Position numbers and translations under genes: made by a program. Source: Mobula hypostoma (lineage: Eukaryota). From it: a stretch of DNA of 64,000 nt. This document shows positions 38,031 to 46,195 of this stretch, in pieces (position 1 is the stretch's first letter; each line of letters starts with the position of its first letter). The notes under the pieces are model-generated. The model worked only from the letters and a program-made list of their open reading frames with translations, was not told the origin of the DNA and did not search any database. The stretch is from positions 195,674,001 to 195,738,000 of the forward strand of contig NC_086097.1 of NCBI RefSeq assembly GCF_963921235.1. Reading direction: 5' to 3'.

Positions 38031-40874
38031 TTAATAATCCCTTAGACCAGGCTCCAACTCAGCAAACTTCATAGTGGCCAAAAACACTGATGAATTGCGA
38101 CCAATGTAACCTCTCATTTGGTTTTGTCCCGGACCACAACAACAAGGGTCGTCCCATTCCGACTCAATTTTCTCTCGCAAGGGCTTAGTAGGAGGGGGAC
38201 GGGTATTGACCGCAGAGTTATTGCAAAACTTCCTGCAGTATCCCACCATCTCCAAGAGCCTTCTGATGTCTGTCGGGCTTGGGAGGTCAGCGATAGCCTG
38301 CACTGTAGCTTGCATCACTGCCAGCTGCCCCTGTGTCACCACAATTCCCAGGTAAGTGACCTTCGTGTGGCCGAATTCATTTTTTTCAAGGTTCACTATC
38401 AAACTGGCTTCAGACAGCCGTATTAAATTGCCAATACACACCTCTGTGTTCATCAGCCCTTTAGTCACTGAATTACTCAAAAAATATGGGTGTTGTTTAC
38501 TTGGCCGCCCTATTGTAACCACAATCACCCACCGTCCCAGTTCTTTGCATTTCCTCGGGACAATCAAACACATGGGTGCGAGTCGTTTAATTACTCCTTC
38601 GGGGATTAAGGGAGAGACCTTATCAGTAGACCTGGCCAAAACAATAGCCTTCTCCCATCTGACCGATCCCATCCTAATCTTTTCAAAATGGTTCTTTCCT
38701 CTTATCAAGGGGCCCCTAGCTTCATTGATTTCCACGCTAACACCGACTAGGTTTGTTAGCATATCAAAAGCCGGTGACCGTCTCAGTTCGCGTCGGTCAT
38801 GATCAATAACATTCTTCCCCCTGGGCAGCCGGTAAATCTCTTTCATGATTCCACCAACTGTTTCCTCCAGCACCACAAAATGTCCACCGGGGGGTACCTC
38901 GTGGGCCATGTTAAAAACCTCATCCCCATAACTCTTTTGCACCACCCCCCACTCCTCATCTGCGGATGCTGTACTTGATTTCCCTTTCTTCCTTAGAACT
39001 TCCTCATCCGCACAATAGCTTGTCAAGGCTGTGTCAGAGAGAGCGGTCTCTGCCAAAACCATCAGCCCCTCGTCTCGCTCCTGCGTCTGCACAAATTCTT
39101 TCCTGGCTACTGCTACGTCCGTCCCAGCTCCCTCACTACCTCTTATCTCACTACACCCTGTCTCATACAAGGTTGGCAGAAATGTTTCAGCCAAATTCAC
39201 CATCGCGGGCGGGGCCTCCATGCTGGCAGGCTGACCCGTCAATCTCACGACTGGGAACACGATTCCTCCGGCGATGTCATTACCGAGCAAGACTTCCACG
39301 TCTTTCATCGGTAATTCGGACCTCACCCCAATCGTGACTAGTCCAGAGACCAGGTTGCTCTGTAAATGTATCTGGTGCAAAGGGACTGACTCTGTCCCTT
39401 CCCCAACACCTTTGACCTCTACCTCCCCAGTCTGGGTCTCTGAGCTAAACTCTAATACACTCTTCAGTATTAGTGACTGACACGCTCCCGTGTCTCTCCA
39501 GATCCGCACTGGAACTGGTTTTAACCTCTTTTTCACTGACACCAGTCCGGCCGAGATAAACCTCTCGCGCCCTTCCTGGACTTTTTCAGACCTGTCCTTC
39601 CCTAGCGGTTCGCTTAACAGCTCAATACAGCCATTCAAAATTTCCGCTTTTCCTTTCCCCGTCTCCTTCCTTGGGGCAAAGCACCTGGACGCAAAGTGTC
39701 CGACTTTCCCACAATTATAACAGACGACCCCAGGAGACTTCCTACCAGACTGCTCCCGGTCTACCTTATCCTTTTCACTAGTCCCCGGCTTACTTTCTGA
39801 CTTTTCCGGCGGACTCTCCCCTCCGTCCTGACTACCCTTCTGGTAGCCTTTACTCGGGGCAAACTTCATTTTATGCGTCAACGCATACTCATCCGCTAAC
39901 TTAGCAGTTGCGGCTAACGTGGCTGCCTCTTTCTCATCGAGGTATGGTCTCATACCGTCAGGGACACAACCTTTAAACTGCTCAATCAGAATCAGCTGCA
40001 GCAGTCTGTCATAATCCCCCTCTACCCCTTTCGAGGCGCACCAACGCTCACAATATGTTTGCATCTCGCGAGCAAACTCCAAATACGTGCGGTCCCACCG
40101 CTTCCTCGCATTCCGGAACCTCTGCCGGTATGCCTCCGGGACCAACTCATAAATCCTGAGGATGGCCTCCTTCACCACCTCATACTTCTGGGCATCTTCC
40201 GCGGATAAAGCGGAGTAAGCTTGTTGGGCTTTCCCTTTCAGTACACTCTGAAGTAAAACAACCCACTTATCCCTCGGCCAGTCCTGACTTATAGCTACTT
40301 TTTCGAAGTGGAGAAAGTACCGATCCACATCGGTATCGTCAAATGGGGGAACCAGCCTAACCTCCTGGGTCGCCCGGAACCCTCCACCTTGGTTCGGCAC
40401 GAGCCCCTGCTCGGCCCTTATCTTTAACTTCTCCAGCTCAAATTCCCTTTCCCTCTGTTTCTCCTCTCTCTCCAACTGTCTGTCCCTCTCTCTCTCTTCT
40501 CTCTCCAACTGTCTGTCCCTCTCTCTCTCTTCTCTCTCCAACTGTCTGTCCCTCTCTTGCCTTTCTACCTCTCTCTCTTTCTCCTGCCTTTCTAACTGCC
40601 GTACCCGGAACTCGTGCTCGAGTCTCAGTTTTTCAAGCTGTACCTGTACCGCGTCTCCAGCAGGTTTTTCAATAGACACCTCCCCCAGCTCACCTTGGGG
40701 AAACACACCTTTAGATACATAGTGCTCTACAATAGCTCTGTGTATCTCCTCTCTCCTCATTGTCGACTTCACCTTAGCAAGATTCACCCGTTTTGCCACA
40801 GCTATCAATTCCGATTTCCTGGCATCCTCTAATGCCTCCAAGGTCGGCGCCTTTATAAATTCCTCAACCTCCAT
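38031..40874 (-). CDS. 947-aa Gag (coiled coil, SCAN-like CA, CCHC)-protease polyprotein with vestigial integrase/RT C-terminus
   Basis: PEAYRQRFR..LILIEQF..LADEY (SCAN-like); CYNCGKVGHFASRC (39681-39722); RDTGA (DTG at 39486-39494) and LLGND; AHE..GGH (IN zinc finger); KQHPY, VNLEK.EF..VTYLG and GYCRKF (RT remnants). Confidence 0.92.
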   Translation of the reverse strand: MEVEEFIKAPTLEALEDARKSELIAVAKRVNLAKVKSTMRREEIHRAIVEHYVSKGVFPQGELGEVSIEKPAGDAVQVQLEKLRLEHEFRVRQLERQEKEREVERQERDRQLEREERERDRQLEREERERDRQLEREEKQREREFELEKLKIRAEQGLVPNQGGGFRATQEVRLVPPFDDTDVDRYFLHFEKVAISQDWPRDKWVVLLQSVLKGKAQQAYSALSAEDAQKYEVVKEAILRIYELVPEAYRQRFRNARKRWDRTYLEFAREMQTYCERWCASKGVEGDYDRLLQLILIEQFKGCVPDGMRPYLDEKEAATLAATAKLADEYALTHKMKFAPSKGYQKGSQDGGESPPEKSESKPGTSEKDKVDREQSGRKSPGVVCYNCGKVGHFASRCFAPRKETGKGKAEILNGCIELLSEPLGKDRSEKVQEGRERFISAGLVSVKKRLKPVPVRIWRDTGACQSLILKSVLEFSSETQTGEVEVKGVGEGTESVPLHQIHLQSNLVSGLVTIGVRSELPMKDVEVLLGNDIAGGIVFPVVRLTGQPASMEAPPAMVNLAETFLPTLYETGCSEIRGSEGAGTDVAVARKEFVQTQERDEGLMVLAETALSDTALTSYCADEEVLRKKGKSSTASADEEWGVVQKSYGDEVFNMAHEVPPGGHFVVLEETVGGIMKEIYRLPRGKNVIDHDRRELRRSPAFDMLTNLVGVSVEINEARGPLIRGKNHFEKIRMGSVRWEKAIVLARSTDKVSPLIPEGVIKRLAPMCLIVPRKCKELGRWVIVVTIGRPSKQHPYFLSNSVTKGLMNTEVCIGNLIRLSEASLIVNLEKNEFGHTKVTYLGIVVTQGQLAVMQATVQAIADLPSPTDIRRLLEMVGYCRKFCNNSAVNTRPPPTKPLREKIESEWDDPCCCGPGQNQMRGYIGRNSSVFLATMKFAELEPGLRDY

Positions 40875-40943
40875 TTCTGCTGTTTGTCTTTTCTTTCTTT
40901 CGGGAATTTTAACCCAATCAATTTACTCCGTCCCAAATTTAGC

Positions 40944-40969
40944 GTTCAAAATCGCGGACGAGAACCCCA
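40944..40969 (-). other. Primer binding site complementary to the tRNA-Pro 3' end
   Basis: Plus strand gttcaaaatcgcggacgagaacccca resembles the tRNA-Pro 3' end GTTCAAATCCCGGACGAGCCCCCA; lies 4 nt from the 5' LTR. Confidence 0.85.
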
Positions 40970-40973
40970 CTTA

Positions 40974-41852
40974 TGTTACGTACCCCGTAACTGGGTTGCC
41001 AAACCAGCAGAAATGGATCACTCAGTTGGAGTCTGGAGTACTAGAACTAAGAAAGTTTTATTAAAGAAACAAGCAACACAGTAATCGAAAGGATAATAAA
41101 TGCAACAATTCAACAATGATAACCACACATGTGCACAGAATTAAGATAACAGCATCAATCAAGCTCTATCGTTGTCTAGGGGTAAATGACCAATTTCAAA
41201 ATGACTCAAAGTTCAGTCCAGTTTGTAGTTCAGTTCGCAGTAATCGTTGCCATGGCGATGGACAAGGTGGGGGAAGAGAGACAGAATAGGAACAACTGAT
41301 CATTCAGAACACTGCTTCACTCACAGACCAGCGGGATGGCTCACAGACCAGCGAGATGGCTCACAAACAGCTTTTGGGCAGGTCCTTGGTGATGTCACCT
41401 GAGGTCACCGACTGTGACCCCTCCTCCAGATGCGGTCGATCCTCTGCAGTGAACCCGGCACCCAGGCAAGGGCGGACACACACCGGGTTCCCGCTGATCG
41501 TACCTTTCCACCCTTGTCGTTGTCCGATACTTCTCACCCACTCGTGAGAAGCGCACCGCTTCCAGGGTCTCGTTACCTCGGGTGGCGTGTGTGTCTGTCT
41601 TAGCGAACCTGTCCCTTTTCATCCCCCTGCTGGGGTATCACCTGTCCATCACTTCAAACAGTTCAGGGTTCAAAGGGGGGAGCCGCTCCAGACAGCTCCC
41701 TCTCCCACATCCCTTCATTACACATCTCCAGACGCTGCTCCATTGTTCCTTATCTCTCCTTCCCCTGAGGGCAGGTGGCAGACCAACTGCTGATGCCACT
41801 GATGCTAGCCCAGGCCAGCAAACATCTTAATTTTATGTGTATTCTCGTAACA
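40974..41852 (-). repeat. 5' LTR (879 bp)
   Basis: Differs from the 3' LTR by a 20-bp tandem duplication, a 2-nt indel and a few substitutions. Confidence 0.95.
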
Positions 41853-43997
41853 CCCTGCATTACCTTCACACTGTCAGCACAGTTCACTTCAGTTGGCTTG
41901 ATTGTAGCAGTTAAACCTCTAAGCAAAACTGTATGCCTTTAAACCCATGGCGCTCAGCAAACTGGCATGCACTTCTCATATGCTATTTCATTTGCTTCAA
42001 AATATAACTCACTTGGCTCAGTATGCATATTCCAGTTATCTTGTGTGCATTCAAATACATCCATCATTCCAATGTAGCCAGCCATTTCTGTTTTTTATAA
42101 ATGATTATTATCACTTAGCACTCGCTGTTTATGAACCTGTGAATTTGTCCTTTTTCTGCCTTTTTTTAACTTGAACATCTAGTTGTGCTTCAACAGGTAG
42201 GTAGTCGTAGGTTTGTTTAAAACTTCCATTACACCACTGTTATGCTATGTAACTCCAAAACAAAACTAATTGCAAGAAGAAAGGCAGGAGGCTGATAGAA
42301 CTTGTCTTGGTTTTGTTTTTTATTTTAAGCAAGGTGTGTACAAATGTTATAGTGACGTGGTGACGTATGCTATTCACGTACTTATACATATAACCTATAG
42401 TGAATTATTTAAATGAACAAGAATATTTAATCAAGCAAAATATTTACAATATTACTGAAAAATTAAATACACAACATTATTGAGTTGGTTTTATTACCTG
42501 ATGTCAGGAACTGGAGAAGTCTCATTCTACAAGCACAGGATCCTGTATAATTTAAGTAGTTGCCATCTTCAGCATATATAGAGCAGCCTAATCCAATGTG
42601 ACTGGTAAATGTAAATAGCACATTGTATCACTTACCGTGTAGGTGCCTGGTTACGTACTTTATCCAGGAATAACAGCAGGAAAACATTAAATTCCTAGTT
42701 CTATATCTTTTGAATTATGTTACATATATCAGAATTACTTTGCTCTTTATAGTAATTTAAAATTTATTCAATATTTTAACCTAAATTCAACATAAGCATA
42801 GGAGGCTGGTGGAACTTAGGTTGCTAATAGCTTTCAACTAATGTATATTAACCAAGGTCAGGAATTTAATCTGCATAGAAATGTATGTAAAATCTTTGTG
42901 GCAGTTTTAAAGCCTTCCCGAGTTAGTCTGAAAGTATTGTTGGTGCTAAGTTTACTTTATTTAAAGATGGACTGGCAGATATCACTGACAAAATCATTTG
43001 ATAATTTCTGGAGAAGGTCAAATTTAAGGAAGAACAAATGTAGCTTTTACCTTGTCTGAATGTAAGTACGTATTTTCAGTGAAAAACTTTATGCAAGAGC
43101 ATTGACTAAATCTTACAAATGTTAAAAGCTGTTGAAAGGATTGTTGTTTTCTCTACATCTTGGTTTGTACAAAGATTTGACCCTTTTCAGTATTCTGCCT
43201 GAGAATTCTTTAAAATTCATGTGATGCGTGGGCTCTAACTTGAATAGTTGCTGTGCATGCGGAGACATAACCATGAGACACAAACTTTAAGAAATGTGAA
43301 GGTTGCAGTGACAAAAACTGCAACAATAACGGAAGGGTATGGAACTCAGGATCAGGTAATGAGGGAAAAATCTGTGTAAAGATCAATACAAAGAGACATA
43401 ACACAGAGAGGTTGTCTCAGTTTGAAAGGCAAAATGAGACACAAACCTGTCAAGAGCTAATCAACAGTGTGCTGGGCACCGTGTGCCCTTGGTGAATAAA
43501 AGAAAAGCTATTAAAAAAAAACACAAGGCTTGTGAACTAATTTAATGAAACATCTAAATTACTTATTGCTTTAGTCATTCAATCAGAGTTAAATTTTACT
43601 GTAAAAACTCGATAAGGACTTTGATCTTTGGAAAGCGTTAAATTCCAACTAGTTTGTTTTACTCCTATATTTTTGGATCCAAACACCGAAACATTACAAA
43701 TAATGAATTACACTCAAGATTCAAACTTTTAACTGCATAACTTAGGCTATTTTAATTATTATGAGGTGAAAAGTGAAGATATTCACAACATACAGTGCTA
43801 TTTGTCACACCTCAACAACTGAACCCACCCATCTTTGCATACACTGTAGGTAAAGAGAACTTTCATGCGAAAATTGATGAGAGGCAGACAATAAAAATCA
43901 AATTCCTATTATAACATTCAAGGTTTTACTGGTGTTAAGTCCCTCACCATCAACATCCTTGGCTTTGAGGGGTGGAGGGGTGGAGAGCACAGAAAGA

Positions 43998-45288
43998 TCT
44001 ACTATAAACCTACCGACTCTCACAGCTACCTAGACTATTCCTCTTCCCACCCTACCTCTTGCAAAAATGCTATCCCCTTCTCGCAGTTCCTCTGTCTCCG
44101 CCGCATCTGCTCTCAGGATGAGGCTTTTCATTCCAGGACAAAGGAGATGTCTTCCTTTTTTAAAGAAAGGGGCTTCCCTTCCTCCACCATCAACTCTGCT
44201 CTCAAATGCATCTCTCCCATTTCATGCACATCTGCTCTCACCCCATCCTCCTGCCACCCCATTAGGAATAGGATTCCCCTTGTCCTCACCTACCACCCCA
44301 CCAGCCTCTGGGTCCAACATATTATTCTCCGTAACTTCTGCCACCTCCAACGGGATCCCGCCACCAAACACATCTTTCCCTCCCCCACTCTTTCTGCTTT
44401 CCACAGGGATCGCTCCCTATGCAACTTCCTTGTCCATTCATCCCCCCCATCCCTCCCCACTGATCTCCCTCCAGGCACTTATCCTTGTAAGTGGAACAAG
44501 TGCTACTCATGCCCTTACACTTCCTCCCTTACCACCATTCAGGGCCCCAGACAGTCCTTCCAGGTGAGGCGACACTTCACCTGTGAGTCGGCTGGGGTGA
44601 TATACTGCATCCGGTGCTCCCAGTGTGGCCTTCTATATATTGGCGAGACCCGACGCAGACTGGGAGACTGTTTCGCTGAACACCTACGCTCTGTCCATCA
44701 GAGAAAACAGGATCTCCCAGTGGCCACACATTTTAATTCCACGTCCCATTCCCATTCTGATATGTCCATCCATGGCCTCCTCTACTGTCAAGATGAAGCC
44801 ACACTCAGGTGGGAGGAACAACATCTTGTATTCTGTCTGGGTAGCCTCCAACCTGATGGCATAAACATTGACTTCTCTAACTTCCGTTAATGCCCTTCCT
44901 CCCCTTCTTACCCCATCCCTTATTTATTATTTTTTCCTCTTTCTTTCTCTTTCTTTTTTCTCCCTCTGTCCCTCTCACTATATCTTCCTCTGATGCTCCC
45001 CTCCCCCTTTCGTTCTCCCTAGGCCTCCCATACCATGATCCTCTCCCTTCTCTAGCCTGGTATCCCTTTTGCCAATCAACTGTCCAGCTCTTGGCTCCAT
45101 CCCTCCCCCTCCTGTCTTCTCCTATCATTTCAGATCTCCCCCTCCCCCTCCCACTTTCAAATCTCTTACTATCTCTTCTTTCAGTTAGTCCTGACGAAGG
45201 GTGTCGGCCCAAAATCTCGACTGTACCTCTTCCTATAGATGCTGCCTGGCCTGCTGCGTTCCACCAGCATTTTGTGTGTGTTGCTTAA
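43998..45288 (+). mobile_element. 5'-truncated Penelope-like element (RT C-terminus, linker, GIY-YIG, tail)
   Basis: Reads YYKPTDSHSYLDYSSSHP..IPFSQFL.LRRICS followed by ORF 44147-44890; degenerate hammerhead at 45187-45222. Confidence 0.92.
44147..44890 (+). CDS. PLE RT thumb/linker plus GIY-YIG endonuclease (fragment; frame also open upstream)
   Basis: Cys-rich linker CKWNKCYSC; VIYCIRCSQCGLLYIGETRRRL..EH..HFN..E..I..L.SLQPDGIN. Confidence 0.85.
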   Translation: MSSFFKERGFPSSTINSALKCISPISCTSALTPSSCHPIRNRIPLVLTYHPTSLWVQHIILRNFCHLQRDPATKHIFPSPTLSAFHRDRSLCNFLVHSSPPSLPTDLPPGTYPCKWNKCYSCPYTSSLTTIQGPRQSFQVRRHFTCESAGVIYCIRCSQCGLLYIGETRRRLGDCFAEHLRSVHQRKQDLPVATHFNSTSHSHSDMSIHGLLYCQDEATLRWEEQHLVFCLGSLQPDGINIDFSNFR

Positions 45289-45615
45289 CACTGGCTTCAA
45301 GAGCTAGTCAGAGGTCAGATATCCTGCAATGATTGAATCAACTCCTAACTTCCCAGGTGCTTACCACCAACTACAAGACATACAGAAGGTCTTGTCAAAG
45401 GGCCTCGGCCTGAAATGTCGACTGTATTCTTTTTCTAGATGCTGCCTGGCCTGCTGAATTCCTCCAGCATTTTGTGTGTGTTGCTCGGATTTCCAGCACC
45501 CGCAGATTTTCTCTTGTTACAGAAGGTCACGAGTGGGATAGAGTGCTCGCCACCTGGCTGCATGAGTGCAGATACAGCAACACCGGAGAAGTTCAACACA
45601 ATGCAGGACTCTAAT
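45289..45615 (+). mobile_element. Old CR1-group LINE RT C-terminal remnant hosting the PLE insertions
   Basis: Reads TTNYK..V.SGIECSP..MSA.TAT.EKFNTMQD, resembling the YKAQVRSVMEYSP..LDTIQ motif. Confidence 0.45.
45392..45517 (+). mobile_element. 126-bp PLE-tail (hammerhead) insertion with 11-bp TSD
   Basis: TSD tacagaaggtc at 45381-45391 and 45518-45528; body is a degenerate hammerhead plus tail. Confidence 0.85.
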
Positions 45616-45689
45616 AGCACCCATCCTGAACAGAACATTCTGTACACCACAGTACCTGAGAAGATGTTGGAGTATTTATAATTAGGCAC

Positions 45690-46195
45690 TTGACAAGATC
45701 CAATAGGGGTGTATGGGGTGGCTAGGGAGAGGTAGTACCTCTGATGGGGGGGCCTGCCGTGCCCTTTTCTGGGCAGCTTGTCCACCTTTGGTCCCCACCT
45801 GGCGCTCAGCTCTCACCTGTGGCTCCAAGTATCTGCAACACGCGCAGCAGCCACGCCCCAGCAAACCATCTCAGCAGACAGGCCGGTGAGTAGGGGATCT
45901 GCCTGTCCCAGCGTGTGAAGTCTGGCCATGGCGGATTGAGCGGAAGAGACCAGTTAATAGTCCAATGGTCAAGAAAGCAGGCCAGCAGGTGTGGTGGAGC
46001 GCTAAGATCACGACAAGGCACTTAGACGTTGCAGTCATCCACTGCAAGAGGTGGTGATCTCTTTAAACTCACCCGGCAGAAGGCAAAGGCAAACCACTGC
46101 TGTAACATGCCACAAACATGATTTCCCAATATATCAGAGCGGCGCGGAGAGAAATCGTCCACCAACTGGAAATTCCAGATGCGACCTAACGATGA
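45690..46195 (+). mobile_element. GC-rich interspersed repeat, RTE-like UTR
   Basis: Contains gaaggcaaaggcaaaccactgc, similar to RTE/RTE-SINE motifs; tentative. Confidence 0.35.

Larger units (their letters stand above)
37002..41852 (-). mobile_element. Young full-structure non-autonomous Gmr1-like Gypsy LTR retrotransposon
   Basis: Two LTRs with TG..CA termini, TSD ccct (36998-37001 / 41853-41856), PBS, PPT and a single ORF. Confidence 0.95.
33497..42476 (-). mobile_element. Old, decayed Ty3/Gypsy element (gag-PR-RT-RH-IN start) with 5' LTR at 42238-42476; 3' end missing; carries three nested insertions
   Basis: gag start MAGYIG near 42083; NDALRDHL..ESIQK.LLTE; RT FLTINTHKGLY..QCYLDGII; RH FHQYIYGEEFTLITDH; IN zinc-finger remnant near 33500-33570; LTR with TG..CA termini followed by a tgg PBS-like site. 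Confidence 0.8.

Noticed and set aside
38031..40874. Domesticated host SCAN/Gag-derived gene
   Set aside because: Flanked by near-identical LTRs, PBS, PPT and TSD, so it is a recent insertion rather than an anchored host gene
40944..40969. tRNA-Pro gene
   Set aside because: Only the 3'-terminal ~25 nt including CCA, adjacent to the LTR; this is a PBS
42630..42700. Minus-strand micro-exon with CG|GTAAGT donor
   Set aside because: No convincing acceptor or partner exon; expected by chance in 64 kb
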